Origin: a virus
Lineage: Duplodnaviria > Caudoviricetes
Direction: 5' to 3' (one strand)
IMG/VR virus record: IMGVR_UViG_3300033475_000014
Span: 12,770-76,769 of that record
DNA length: 64,000 bases
Below the pieces are notes generated by a model. The model worked only from the letters and a program-made list of their open reading frames with translations, had not been told where the DNA came from and searched no databases. The translations under genes were made by a program, and so were the position numbers. Position 1 is the first letter of the stretch. The number at the start of each line of letters is the position of its first letter. Of this stretch, positions 10,371 through 20,519 are shown one piece after another.

Positions 10371-10843
10371 TATACTACCGTTAGATTCCCTTGTGAGCTT
10401 AGTACTGCCCACGTAGTATTTGCCGTAACGCAGAGTAAACGTAGCGTATCCCACTGATTCACACTCGCCAGAGAGCCGCCTGTACCCGATGTAGTTGCCG
10501 CCGAACCGAAGTGTATTTGCTGCCCTGAGTTTTGGGCTACTTTCCAACCTCCAGTACCTTTACCAGATACTTCAACTACGTCGCCTACTGAAGCAGTAGA
10601 TGGAAGGGTTAACGTAACCAGACCAGCGTTGTTAAGAATATATCCGTTGTTTACTGCTGCTGTTTGCGACGTTCCTGTAACTTCCGTCCACACAACCCCT
10701 CCAGTTGCAGCAATAGAAATATCCTGACCCGATTGAGTCAGAGTAACATTAGTTCCTCCTGTTAGAGTGACTTTCCCTATAAGAGGAGTCGAACCTGTCT
10801 TATTGATCGAGGCTACCCGAGATGAGGAAGCAGTATTAGTCAT
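10370..10843 (-). CDS. Tail fibre-associated protein
   Basis: 157 aa, TLTLPSTASVGDVVEV motif common in phage fibre domains. Confidence 0.55.
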   Translation of the reverse strand: MTNTASSSRVASINKTGSTPLIGKVTLTGGTNVTLTQSGQDISIAATGGVVWTEVTGTSQTAAVNNGYILNNAGLVTLTLPSTASVGDVVEVSGKGTGGWKVAQNSGQQIHFGSAATTSGTGGSLASVNQWDTLRLLCVTANTTWAVLSSQGNLTVV

Positions 10844-12360
10844 TAGTTACTCCCTATGTACGTTACACCTTCACCGTTCACCGATGAGTCTATATTCACT
10901 GTATTTAGGTTAGCAATATCTAGGTTTACTGTATCGCCCGCCGCGAGCTGGAAACCGTTCGTAGACGAAACCGTAGAACTACCTACATAGATAATTCCCG
11001 TATTGGTAGTGAGAGCCTTAATAGCAACGGATTTAACCGCCTGAGAAGACGCAAGCACAACTCGTGTACCAGCTGTGGTGACTGTCGTCTTGCCATTAAA
11101 CACGGTTGTAGGAGCAACTGGGGTGCTCTGCACGGCAAATGTACCTGTCCCTACTACAGTTGCATTTAGGTTAGCGGCTGTTGCCTGCCTAACAAATACA
11201 TTTCCATCTGCGCCCTTAATGTCTAGGAACCCTGGAGTGGTTGGGGCTGTATTTAGAATAGAGCGGATATTCATATCCAGACCAGTTGTAGCGGTCGTCG
11301 TGGTTGAGTTAGAGGTAATTGCTGTCCCACTCCCATCGTAGGTACTAGAGGCTGTTGTAAGCGCTCCTGATGGGTTTACTTTCACATCAACAAATGCGCT
11401 ACCGCCAGCAGTAGTTAGGCCGACTATAGAAGATTTGGTAAGCTGCGCGTGATTGGTAGAGTTTGGTACGGTGACCATTGTGACCATGTCGCCATTCTGT
11501 GCGCCAGTCTTTAGTGTAGCTTGGAGACGGAATGTGGTTTGGTTTGTACCACCATTTGTGTAAACAATACGATAATATTGTGCGCGAGCAGGTGCACCAA
11601 ATATCTGACCATCGTTAGGGGCTGTCCCACCAGCGGTAAATGTGGATGTGCTTGAATCATTCCAGTTAGTATTATCTGATGAAAACTCAATCTTTACCCC
11701 ATTAGCAGCACTTGATTGATCCGAGAAAACATATAGTTGGATAAATGAGTACCCCAGAGTTGATAGACCCGTACCTGTAAACGTAGAGTTAGCGATAAGA
11801 GTCGCTGTGCTAGAGTTTCCGCTATCTACTTTACCAGGCATTATAGTATTTAACTGGTTAGTAGTCGTGCCTATCTCTACGCCAGAAGAATCCCTAAGGT
11901 TGACATGCTGCCCACGGTTGGCAGTAATCGCTACAGCGGCAGCTCTTCCGTCTGTTACTGCGTCAATTGTCGAGTGATAGAAGCCCATTGCCGGCGTACC
12001 CGTAGATGTACCAGCGGTAAATGCCGAGTTGTCTGTCGTTCCACCAACCGAAAGTGAGCCCGTGACTTTTAGGTTACCAGAGCTGTCTAGCTGCGGCTCC
12101 CACATCTGCCCATCGGTAAGAGAGGGTGGAGTGGCTTGATAGCGTGCAAGAGCGAGCGTACCTGTAGCAGGAGAAGTAGTCGCGCCCTCTTGATATTGTG
12201 TCCCTCCAGAGCCTCCTCCTGTAACAGAGGTGAGCACCGATCCATCGGTTGGGTTTACGGCAACGGGTACAGGAGTAGCGCCATCAATAGAAGATAGACC
12301 CTCTAGGAGCGGAGCGCGGTTAGGGCCGAATGGTTGAGGCTTTGTTGTCCAGTTAACTAT
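10843..12360 (-). CDS. Tail fibre/virion protein, probable non-canonical ATA start
   Basis: Frame is open 41 codons upstream of the track start; AGGAG lies 6 nt before ATA at 12360; internal domain shared with 48276-49268. Confidence 0.55.
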   Translation of the reverse strand: MVNWTTKPQPFGPNRAPLLEGLSSIDGATPVPVAVNPTDGSVLTSVTGGGSGGTQYQEGATTSPATGTLALARYQATPPSLTDGQMWEPQLDSSGNLKVTGSLSVGGTTDNSAFTAGTSTGTPAMGFYHSTIDAVTDGRAAAVAITANRGQHVNLRDSSGVEIGTTTNQLNTIMPGKVDSGNSSTATLIANSTFTGTGLSTLGYSFIQLYVFSDQSSAANGVKIEFSSDNTNWNDSSTSTFTAGGTAPNDGQIFGAPARAQYYRIVYTNGGTNQTTFRLQATLKTGAQNGDMVTMVTVPNSTNHAQLTKSSIVGLTTAGGSAFVDVKVNPSGALTTASSTYDGSGTAITSNSTTTTATTGLDMNIRSILNTAPTTPGFLDIKGADGNVFVRQATAANLNATVVGTGTFAVQSTPVAPTTVFNGKTTVTTAGTRVVLASSQAVKSVAIKALTTNTGIIYVGSSTVSSTNGFQLAAGDTVNLDIANLNTVNIDSSVNGEGVTYIGSN

Positions 12361-12371
12361 GATAATCTCCT

Positions 12372-12416
12372 AACAAAAAGAGCCTCTGTCGGCTCTTACC
12401 TTATGCCGATATTATA
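12372..12416 (-). promoter_or_regulatory. Module A late cassette 3
   Basis: TATAAT-6-ATAAGGT-AAGAGCC/GGCTCTT-TTTG. Confidence 0.75.
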
Positions 12417-13275
12417 CGTCATTTTCATAATCAATTCCAGCTAAACCGTATGCCCCGCGTAGCCTTTGTTCTTTTTGGTTTAACTCGAGATCACGCTTTA
12501 TGAATGCACTCTCTTTGATACGTACCGACCGCTCTTTAGCATCTAGGGCCTGCTCTCTCATAGACTGTGCATTTTTGAGATTATCTAACTCTACAATCTT
12601 TTCATCTAGCTGTTTATCGAGCTCACGGAGTTTGTCTTTAAACTCTTCTACTTTAGATTCATACCCGTCTTCAAGCACGTTCATCTTTGCTTCTATCTTA
12701 CGTACCTCTTCAACGAGCATCAACTTGTCTTGGCCGAGACGAATAATATCTGCTGAGAGCTTATTCTTTTCCAGCTGAATATTATCTGCTTCTTTGCGGA
12801 ACTCTTGGAGGGTAATATTCCACTCGCTGATAGTATTTTCAGATAGTTTTTCTTGCTCTTCTCGGTATTCTTTGGTTTCTCGGATTTGTTCCTTTAAATC
12901 TGCTAGTTCTTGACGTTTATTACGGATAGAGGCATTGACCTGCGTCTCTTTGGTCTTTAGTTCATCTAATTTGTCGTTCTGAGCAGTGATAGAATGCCTA
13001 ACGACCTGTTCTTGAGCCTTTAGCGAGTCAATAGTAACCTGTGCTTTATCCGCCAGATCATCTACTTCCTGCCTACGCGCTTCTAAAATAGACTCTTCGG
13101 CCGTAATTTGCTTACGAAGTACATCTAACTTAGTTTCGGCATCATCAAATACCTTCTGACGCTGCTGTAGGGCTTTTTCGCGCTCTAAAATATTCTCACG
13201 AGCATTAAGTACCCGCTCTTTTTCAGCGAGTTCTCTAGACTTCTTTGCGAGGTCGGCCTGGTCGCCTTTGCTCAT
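12412..13275 (-). CDS. Long coiled-coil protein
   Basis: 287 aa heptad-rich E/K/L sequence. Confidence 0.6.
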   Translation of the reverse strand: MSKGDQADLAKKSRELAEKERVLNARENILEREKALQQRQKVFDDAETKLDVLRKQITAEESILEARRQEVDDLADKAQVTIDSLKAQEQVVRHSITAQNDKLDELKTKETQVNASIRNKRQELADLKEQIRETKEYREEQEKLSENTISEWNITLQEFRKEADNIQLEKNKLSADIIRLGQDKLMLVEEVRKIEAKMNVLEDGYESKVEEFKDKLRELDKQLDEKIVELDNLKNAQSMREQALDAKERSVRIKESAFIKRDLELNQKEQRLRGAYGLAGIDYENDV

Positions 13276-13753
13276 CTAATTCTAAATCCTTTGCTACATC
13301 GGCTGTTGGTTGGGTATTGTAAGCGGCTAAGATGTCCTTTTTGCCAACGTAAAATCGTTTAATAGCCTCTGTCTGGAAGAATGGGTCGGTCCAATCGGTA
13401 GACGCTTGTCGGGCCTCGACGTGTCCGCCATCAATACGCTCCTGGAGTTTGCTCATAGCCATCTGCTTGACACCTGCTTCAATCATTAAATCGGCCTCAT
13501 ATGCAGGAACAAGCTTAGTCTGACCTGGTTGGAGAGTAAGACGCTGTGGTGGGCGCTTCATAAGAGTATTTTTGTGGCCTGGGTAATCAGAATATGTCTC
13601 TTGGTCTTGTGGGGCCGCGAACTGGTAGGTTAAAGGCTTAGTGTCACCGTTAATAACTGTTACAAAGTCTTCCGGCTCATACATCTCACGTAGGCGCTCA
13701 CGAATTGGCTTAACCTCTGCATTTGTAGGTGCACCGTAGTAATCGTTTTCCAC
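13235..13753 (-). CDS. Hypothetical protein (head region)
   Basis: 172 aa, coupled ORF. Confidence 0.5.
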   Translation of the reverse strand: MENDYYGAPTNAEVKPIRERLREMYEPEDFVTVINGDTKPLTYQFAAPQDQETYSDYPGHKNTLMKRPPQRLTLQPGQTKLVPAYEADLMIEAGVKQMAMSKLQERIDGGHVEARQASTDWTDPFFQTEAIKRFYVGKKDILAAYNTQPTADVAKDLELDEQRRPGRPRKEV

Positions 13754-13935
13754 TATTTCTTCTCCTTTTTAAAGTTCTCAATAAGTTCTGATACTAAAGA
13801 ATGGGCACCCTGTATTTTAACCTGTTCAGTGTTAATCTCGTTAAGGCGCTTGGTTAATCCTTGCTTCTCACTCTCAAGGGAATTAAAAGCATTTTCAAGC
13901 TCTGACTTCTTATCGTTTAGTTGCTTGAGTTCCAT
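13753..13935 (-). CDS. Small coiled-coil protein
   Basis: 60 aa, coupled ORF. Confidence 0.5.
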   Translation of the reverse strand: MELKQLNDKKSELENAFNSLESEKQGLTKRLNEINTEQVKIQGAHSLVSELIENFKKEKK

Positions 13936-14009
13936 ATTGGTTTAACAATACCATATATTTGTAAAAGAAAATAGCCCCTGGTTTAGAGGCTATTTTACTG
14001 TGTATTTTG

Positions 14010-14558
14010 TTACGCTGCTGCGAAGATACCAGACTGCGCTGTCATGTACCAACCCGCACCGTCAGATACTAACGTGATTGTGTCTCCAACCACTGCCGTA
14101 GCCTGTGTGTTTGTTAGGGTTGTGCCGCTGACTGCCGTACCTGTTGCACTTGTCTTAGCGTGAATTGTTCCCGCCGCCGTAACAGTGAAGCCAGTAGTTG
14201 TGTTAGCACAGATAAAGGTGTACTTCAGACCGCTAGCGGCTGTTGGTAGTGTCCATGATGGGCTACCGCTAGTTGATGCGTTAATGAAGGTTTTACCTGA
14301 ATCTGCTGCTGTTAGTACTACTGTTGCACCGACTGTTGCACTATTGCTCGTAGGACTAGTGGATGGTCCCGTTGGAGCAGTAGAGAACGATACGGTGCTT
14401 GTAAAGCTTGCTGCACCTGATACGGTAGTCGCGCCCGAAAGAGTTGTTGCACCGCTAAGTGTGTTTGTTCCAGCGGCTACAAGTGGCTCATTCGAGTTAA
14501 GACGTACACCGTTTTGTCGAACTGCTGCGTTGTATTGGCCTAAGTCTTGTGTAGACAT
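14010..14558 (-). CDS. Capsid decoration/fibre-like protein
   Basis: LTAADSGKTF motif shared with 51271-51648; downstream of the capsid genes. Confidence 0.5.
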   Translation of the reverse strand: MSTQDLGQYNAAVRQNGVRLNSNEPLVAAGTNTLSGATTLSGATTVSGAASFTSTVSFSTAPTGPSTSPTSNSATVGATVVLTAADSGKTFINASTSGSPSWTLPTAASGLKYTFICANTTTGFTVTAAGTIHAKTSATGTAVSGTTLTNTQATAVVGDTITLVSDGAGWYMTAQSGIFAAA

Positions 14559-14568
14559 ATTAGCCTCC

Positions 14569-15297
14569 TTACTTTACGTCGAGTTCAAGCTGGTTGTATT
14601 TAGTATCAACAGTCGCTTCTGGAGCAACACCTACAGTCTGTGAGGTTGCTGCGCTTGCACCGTTGATTGCTACTGCACCTGCTACGCTTGTTGACTGACC
14701 AACTGCGTAACCCTTAGTGATAACACCATCTGCAAGTACTGAAGCAGGACCCTTTGTCTGAACCCAGCCGTATTCACCAGCAGCAAGTGTTGCGAGTGGC
14801 ACACCAACAGCTTGCGAAAGCGTAGTCGAGGCAAGTACACCGCTCCAAGGGCTGATGAGGTCAACCTTTGTGTCTGCGGTCGCAAGTGCGACGATGACTG
14901 CATCTTGTAGCTGTACGGTTACCGCACCACCTGCTGAACTTACAGCGGTGTTACCAGCGATCTGGAGCATCTGACCCTTACCAGTACCATCGCGTACTAC
15001 AAGGTAGCCGTCGGCGTATTGGTCCTGGGTAACTGCCGTTGCACCTACTGATACAACAACCTGGAGTGAACCTACTGCTACAGCTGATGTGCTGTCGAGT
15101 GAGCGGTTTACGTGGTTTGCAACAACCGCTGCTCGCACACCGAGCTTACCGACTGCAAGACCTGCGCTAGCGTCGCTGAGTACATAGACAAACTGGCGGC
15201 CGTCGCGTGTTGCACCGCGTGCTCCAAGAGTTTCACCCTTGGTAGTACTGTGAACAAACAAGTCCTCGTTCGTTAAAATTCGTACACCATTTTCCAT
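14569..15297 (-). CDS. Capsid cement/decoration protein
   Basis: 242 aa Ala/Val/Gly-rich, YGWVQTKGP motif, adjacent to the capsid gene. Confidence 0.55.
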   Translation of the reverse strand: MENGVRILTNEDLFVHSTTKGETLGARGATRDGRQFVYVLSDASAGLAVGKLGVRAAVVANHVNRSLDSTSAVAVGSLQVVVSVGATAVTQDQYADGYLVVRDGTGKGQMLQIAGNTAVSSAGGAVTVQLQDAVIVALATADTKVDLISPWSGVLASTTLSQAVGVPLATLAAGEYGWVQTKGPASVLADGVITKGYAVGQSTSVAGAVAINGASAATSQTVGVAPEATVDTKYNQLELDVK

Positions 15298-15317
15298 AGT
15301 TTTTCTCCTTATATTTT

Positions 15318-15390
15318 GTAAAAAAATAGACCCGTTACCGGATCTATTCCTTATAGAGTGTATTGTAATTCACTTGCTGGCATAAATCAA
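15318..15390 (-). promoter_or_regulatory. Module A late cassette 4
   Basis: TTGATT-17-TACAAT-7-ATAAGG-AATAGATCCG/CGGGTCTATT-TTTTT. Confidence 0.75.
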
Positions 15391-15391
15391 A

Positions 15392-15946
15392 CTATTCGGA
15401 AAGCTTACGCGTACTCCAGAATCTATCGGCCCTAGCTTTCTTAATCCTCTCTGATTGACTATGGCGTTTGTCGTCATCCCAGTGTAGACTTGAATGTTCG
15501 CTAGGGTTGAGAATTGTAAGGTTTTCTATCCTATTATCAAGTTTGTCGCCATTTATGTGATGAACATGCTCATTTTTGTTCAGTGATCTGTTTAGATGCT
15601 GAGACATGACATACCTATGTTCTTTGATATATTTCCCATTAACTCTTATACGTCGATAACCCCAATCGTCAATCCAAGTACCACCTTTCCAAGTTGGATT
15701 ATTCTTTCCTATTTGACTTTTACCCAACTCAGATAGTTTTTGCTTTTGTTCTTCGCTTGGTGACCACTTCTTAATTTTCCTTGTCTCAGATATGTTTCGC
15801 TCAGGAATATTAAAGGACTTTAAATATCTGCTTACTGTAGATCTTCCTATATGAAAAAAGGCTGCCATCTCTATGCCTGACAGTCCTTCATTCAAATATT
15901 TGTGTCTAAAAATTGACTCGTTGATATTGTAACGTGGCTTACTCAT
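15392..15946 (-). CDS. HNH homing endonuclease
   Basis: EHRYVMSQHL...EHVHHINGDKLDNRIENL HNH motif with an N-terminal HTH. Confidence 0.85.
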   Translation of the reverse strand: MSKPRYNINESIFRHKYLNEGLSGIEMAAFFHIGRSTVSRYLKSFNIPERNISETRKIKKWSPSEEQKQKLSELGKSQIGKNNPTWKGGTWIDDWGYRRIRVNGKYIKEHRYVMSQHLNRSLNKNEHVHHINGDKLDNRIENLTILNPSEHSSLHWDDDKRHSQSERIKKARADRFWSTRKLSE

Positions 15947-15991
15947 GGGTCTAGTATATCACTAGACCCATAGTAATCCAAGTGAGCTGCA

Positions 15992-17080
15992 TCAATTTCC
16001 TGTCACGCCCGTCAACTTACCGTTACGACGTGGCTGGCGACAGATGAGGTTACCAAGCAAGATGACAGCACCGACCTGACCGAGCTGGTTGATTGAGCTC
16101 ATCATATCGCGGAACTGGAATGCTGATGGGAATGGAACATCTTCGTAGAAACCTTGCATACTCTCAACTGTAGAACCGATGTCACGGAGCTCAGGGCTCT
16201 TCTGTACAGCGAAGTCGAGGTATTTTTGGTTAATCCAGAAGAACGTACCGCTTGTAGCCTTGTCATCTGCGAAGATGTCACGACCACGCCAAGTGATAGA
16301 GATGAAACCACCTGCACCACTTAGTTCAGCACCAGTGTTAGGTCCTGTGCTTCGTGGAGTCTTACCGTCTACACGGTTGTACCCACGAATGCTTGTGCTC
16401 TCGTAGCGTGCGCTAAGCATTGGCTGAATAAGACCTTCAACGTAAGTCCAGATAGCCTTAGTAGTAAGACCGTAGTCTGGAGATTCTGAGGTAGAGCTTG
16501 CAGCCGATACGTTGTCAAACTCGCTTGATAGGTAGCTGAGTGTGATCGTACCGTTAGTTACAGCAGTTACGTCTGCGTCAAGGAATGGGTAGGTAGTACG
16601 AGAAAGCCCACCGTAGGTTGGAGCGTTTGTACCGTTGTCTACTACGTTGCCAAGACCGTCGAATGCTTTACCAAGACCAAAGCCATAAAGCTCTGTACCG
16701 ATAGCATCAGCCATTGAGATTTTAGCCTCGTCCATCTTAGCTGTGAGCAGTTTAATAACCTGAGATTCAGTGTTACCGTTTACTGCGGCTTCGATGCCAG
16801 GGATAACGATTGATTGGTACTGACCAGTCAAGTAGAACGTCATCTGACGAGTGTTGTTTGTTGCGGCAGTAGAGAATGTGTCCATGCCGTTAAATGAGCC
16901 ACCTGTCGTGCTAAATGCAGTCTGGATAGGCACGTTGTAACTAACACCCTCCCAGTCGCACGTTTCCGACAATATCTTGCTTGTGAAGACGTTGGAGTTC
17001 GACACCTGGTCTACAAGCGCAGGCAAAATGTACTGATAAGTAATATCAGATACGCGGTTGGTAAAAATTTGTCCAGCCAT
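15992..17080 (-). CDS. Major capsid protein (module A)
   Basis: 362 aa after the scaffold; YGGLSRTTYPF and HK97-fold-like composition; biased codon usage. Confidence 0.8.
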   Translation of the reverse strand: MAGQIFTNRVSDITYQYILPALVDQVSNSNVFTSKILSETCDWEGVSYNVPIQTAFSTTGGSFNGMDTFSTAATNNTRQMTFYLTGQYQSIVIPGIEAAVNGNTESQVIKLLTAKMDEAKISMADAIGTELYGFGLGKAFDGLGNVVDNGTNAPTYGGLSRTTYPFLDADVTAVTNGTITLSYLSSEFDNVSAASSTSESPDYGLTTKAIWTYVEGLIQPMLSARYESTSIRGYNRVDGKTPRSTGPNTGAELSGAGGFISITWRGRDIFADDKATSGTFFWINQKYLDFAVQKSPELRDIGSTVESMQGFYEDVPFPSAFQFRDMMSSINQLGQVGAVILLGNLICRQPRRNGKLTGVTGN

Positions 17081-17110
17081 ATTTTATTCCTTATTGCTCC
17101 TTATATTTAC

Positions 17111-17184
17111 TATAAAAAATAAGAGAGCCCTGCGGCTCTCTTACCTTTATACACTCATTATACAACGAGAGGTAGAAGCGTCAA
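17111..17184 (-). promoter_or_regulatory. Module A late cassette 5 (before the capsid gene)
   Basis: TTGACG-16-TATAAT-6-ATAAAGGT-AAGAGAGCC/GGCTCTCTT-ATTTTTT. Confidence 0.75.
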
Positions 17185-17189
17185 CTATA

Positions 17190-17357
17190 TTATTTTTTGA
17201 TCTTCTCGAATACGTCCTTGATAAAATGCTGCGCTTCCTTGTACGTTGACGGGATTGTAGTGTTCCTCAGTTCCTTATCGAGCTTCTCTGCTTCCTTAGC
17301 AGTAAGCTGTCCAAGGTGCTCTAGCGTTGCGATAAATAGTGTGATGTAGTTTTCCAT
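17190..17357 (-). CDS. 55-aa hypothetical protein
   Basis: MENYITLFIATLEHLG...; coupled to the scaffold stop. Confidence 0.55.
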   Translation of the reverse strand: MENYITLFIATLEHLGQLTAKEAEKLDKELRNTTIPSTYKEAQHFIKDVFEKIKK

Positions 17358-18307
17358 TAAATTCTCCCCATCTTATATAGCTGATAAACACGGTTTAAGT
17401 CTGTTCCCGGAGGCAGTGGTCGGGCCTTAGTTTCAGGCGTAGTGCTTTGTGGTGCACCTACCTTAGAAGCTACTTTCTCCCTTTGTGCCTGGTTCTCAGA
17501 TTTAACCTCTTCCTTTTTAATAGCTTCCTTTTGTTCTTTAGAAGCCTCTTTAGGATGCAGTGCGTAGTAGCGATATGCTGCGTCCTCATATGATACTCGG
17601 TACATACGGCCTGAACCATTATACTTAGTGAAATAGTCATCATTGATCTTCTTGTAGAAATCATAAATCTTATTAGATTCGAGTACAGCTGGGTCATCAT
17701 TAAAGCGCGGGTCGTTCACTTCGTACTTGAACTTAGGAAGCATGCCAGCCTTCTGTAGGCTTTTAACATCGTTCTGAATATCTACAGCTTCGAGGGCTTC
17801 GAAGTCTGCTTGGGAACGTTGAGCCTCTTCTGTACGGTACTTCTGTAGCAAGTCGCGCGCGTTGACTTCCTGAGCCGCGAGTGCTGCGTTAAATGCTAGC
17901 TCCGCTCGCTTAGAAGCAAACTCAAAGTCGTCTGGAAGTTCTTCTAGACGTTTAACTGTGAATACTTTATCTTTACCCTCTTCACCCTGGTGCCCCATTA
18001 CCTGGATGGTTGGGAGGTTATCAATAATGTACTTCTGCCAGTCTGGGAGCGGTTCTAGCTTTGTCTCTTCTGGAATCTCTTCAAGTTCTACCTCTTCTGG
18101 CACTTCCTCTTGGGGTTCTTCAACGGGAATTTCTTCTTCTTTTTTAGGATCTTCCTTAGCAGGTTCTTCTGGTACGGCCTTGAGGAGTTGATCTACTTGA
18201 CTCTTTAGAGGACGATTAGGGTTGAGTTTGAAACCCTTGTCCTCCTTGTTCTCTTCCTGCTGGACTTCCTCTGCTACCTCTTTGTTTGGTAATACTTCCT
18301 CTTCCAT
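17357..18307 (-). CDS. Capsid scaffolding protein (module A)
   Basis: Very acidic N-terminus, located between portal and capsid genes. Confidence 0.7.
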   Translation of the reverse strand: MEEEVLPNKEVAEEVQQEENKEDKGFKLNPNRPLKSQVDQLLKAVPEEPAKEDPKKEEEIPVEEPQEEVPEEVELEEIPEETKLEPLPDWQKYIIDNLPTIQVMGHQGEEGKDKVFTVKRLEELPDDFEFASKRAELAFNAALAAQEVNARDLLQKYRTEEAQRSQADFEALEAVDIQNDVKSLQKAGMLPKFKYEVNDPRFNDDPAVLESNKIYDFYKKINDDYFTKYNGSGRMYRVSYEDAAYRYYALHPKEASKEQKEAIKKEEVKSENQAQREKVASKVGAPQSTTPETKARPLPPGTDLNRVYQLYKMGRI

Positions 18308-18322
18308 TCTGTTCCTTCCTTA

Positions 18323-20506
18323 TTAAACTGGTGGTAACTGAGCTGGGTTGCCAAGGTTAACGCTAGGCTGAGCTGGCGCGCCGTTTGGTGTGACTGGCGG
18401 AGCTGTAGGGCCAGGTGTTGGCTGTTGCATAATAGCCTGCATTGGTGATGGTTGTCCAGGGGCTTGACCCACATTACCCATAGGCGGTTGTGGCATCTGT
18501 GGAGCTGGTGGCATACCCATTGGCATCGGAGGTTGTACCTGCTGTAAACCAGTAGCAAGTACTTGTGGTGGTAACGGTCGTTCTTGCTCTGGAGATTGAG
18601 ACATCTGGTGAAGCTCCTGTTGAAGCTGGAACCTATCTATAGCCTTGTTAACGAATCTAATTGTATTGCTTTGAACCTTGGCCTTGGATTTCATAAACTC
18701 GTCAGAGATAAGGAGCTTGCGCATCTGCTCGATATACTCGTGAGTTGGGTCTTCCCTGTCTTCTGGAGTTTGGCTGTTCATTAGCTGTGTCCAGTCAACC
18801 ACTGCATCACTGTTTGCGTCGTTGATAGCAATATCCATAGCAAGTTGAGTAGGGTCTGACTTCCACTTCATAAAGTTATCGTAAAGCTGCTGCGGATCGT
18901 CCATATGAAGCAGTTTGTAGCCGTCGTATGGGCTGATAACACCTAACTTGAGTAAGTTTACAGCTACAGACTCTTGGCGGCTCTTATCGAACGGCAGTGT
19001 GGTACCTGACTGAACTTTAACGCTCATTCCCTTCTCAACCTTATCTCGGTGCATCTCAATGAAGTCGAATTTACCATCTCCGCCGTTTACTGTGGCATAG
19101 TGAGACTCTGTATACCAAACCGTTATCATCTGTGCGAGGAACTGGAAGTATTTACCCATTCCGTAATCAACTGAGCGGACGATCTTATCCTGACGACCAG
19201 AAGCTTGGTTTTTAATCATCATCGCTTCTGATGCTGTCTCGGTCTTGTTTTCGTCTGATCCTGTGAACTGTGATGGCGTACCAAGTAGATTGTGAATAGC
19301 CTGCTTTGCGTTAGACACTTCTCCAATAAGCTGAGCCGATACCATTTGAGGGTTGAGCTGTGCGACTACATCAGTAACGCGTTGGTTAGGCTTTGTTTTT
19401 ACTAGGAGAAGCTGGTTAGGGTCGCCTGTGAAGTTTTGTGCATCATCTTTAGTCATTGCGTGAGCATCAATAACCTTGAACCCATTAGCCGTGCCGATAT
19501 TATCAAGTAACTGTCGGCCTAGCTTATTAAGAATGTCCTGCTGTGGGATAGCCTGTTCTAGGGCGTTAGTGCGGTCGATCCAGTGTGAGCCATCATTCGT
19601 GAGGTTGAATGGAATAAATGGCTTCATAGGAGCGTCTAGGAAGTTCTCACCCTCGTTGTCGTAGAGCCAGTTAATGTTACGAGACTTATCTAATACGATG
19701 TTATCCACGTACCACGCGACTGCTTCTTGTGGCTTATTATCTGTGTCGTAGTAAGTAAACCATACCTCTCGGTAGGCTACCTCAGCGCTCATATTGCGTG
19801 AACCTTTACGCTTGATAGAGAAGTGGTCGAGAATGGTTTGTTCTTTATCTGGGAACTTAGCGCATAAGCCCTCTACAGAGTCCTTTAACACGTGACAGAT
19901 AAAGCGTGGATTCTCACCAAGCTTAGCATTCTTGTCTATAATTACGTGATTGGGGTCAACAACCTCTGGGACAATCTCACCATTCTTTCCGTAAAGCGGG
20001 TCCCACCTTAGCTTAAGTAGTCCAACGAACTTACCCACCATGTTGTATACAGCGCCCTCTAGCTTACGTGGTAGCTCAAACTTCTCTGAATGAGAGTGCA
20101 TATATTTCTCTAGGTTTTGAGCAAGCACCATTGAGTCTGTTTTATCTGAGGCTGGATAAACTTCGGCATTAGGCGTCTGAGCGCATACATACGCTAGTAT
20201 GGCATCCATACCCACAAAGACTTCATTATCAATGTATGGGGTTTGGTGGCGATATAGTTTGTTTTCCTCAAGGTGTGCACCTTGAAGCATCTGGGCGTTC
20301 TTTAATCGCTTGTTCTTGAGATTAAAATGGTTAATGTCATTATAGTAGTCACGAGAGTCTTCAATGATTGTGTGTAGATTCTTAATGATATAGTCATCTT
20401 CGAGCTCGAGACTGACTGATGGAAGTAAATACAGCTCACCGTCTTTGTTAGCTAGATCATCTAGGTTGTAATCGCTCTGTGGCTGTGCGAACAATTGGGG
20501 GTTAAT
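18323..20506 (-). CDS. Portal protein (module A), probable ATT start
   Basis: About 727 aa after terL, Pro/Gln-rich tail; AGGAG is 7 nt before ATT (20506) but 19 nt before the track's TTG. Confidence 0.8.
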   Translation of the reverse strand: MNPQLFAQPQSDYNLDDLANKDGELYLLPSVSLELEDDYIIKNLHTIIEDSRDYYNDINHFNLKNKRLKNAQMLQGAHLEENKLYRHQTPYIDNEVFVGMDAILAYVCAQTPNAEVYPASDKTDSMVLAQNLEKYMHSHSEKFELPRKLEGAVYNMVGKFVGLLKLRWDPLYGKNGEIVPEVVDPNHVIIDKNAKLGENPRFICHVLKDSVEGLCAKFPDKEQTILDHFSIKRKGSRNMSAEVAYREVWFTYYDTDNKPQEAVAWYVDNIVLDKSRNINWLYDNEGENFLDAPMKPFIPFNLTNDGSHWIDRTNALEQAIPQQDILNKLGRQLLDNIGTANGFKVIDAHAMTKDDAQNFTGDPNQLLLVKTKPNQRVTDVVAQLNPQMVSAQLIGEVSNAKQAIHNLLGTPSQFTGSDENKTETASEAMMIKNQASGRQDKIVRSVDYGMGKYFQFLAQMITVWYTESHYATVNGGDGKFDFIEMHRDKVEKGMSVKVQSGTTLPFDKSRQESVAVNLLKLGVISPYDGYKLLHMDDPQQLYDNFMKWKSDPTQLAMDIAINDANSDAVVDWTQLMNSQTPEDREDPTHEYIEQMRKLLISDEFMKSKAKVQSNTIRFVNKAIDRFQLQQELHQMSQSPEQERPLPPQVLATGLQQVQPPMPMGMPPAPQMPQPPMGNVGQAPGQPSPMQAIMQQPTPGPTAPPVTPNGAPAQPSVNLGNPAQLPPV

Positions 20507-20519
20507 GGCTGTTCTCCTC

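Noticed and set aside
9345-10547. Track start at 10547 and other extended starts (8052, 22850, 26185, 52556)
   Set aside because: They overlap upstream genes; downstream ATGs coupled to stops or promoters are more plausible.
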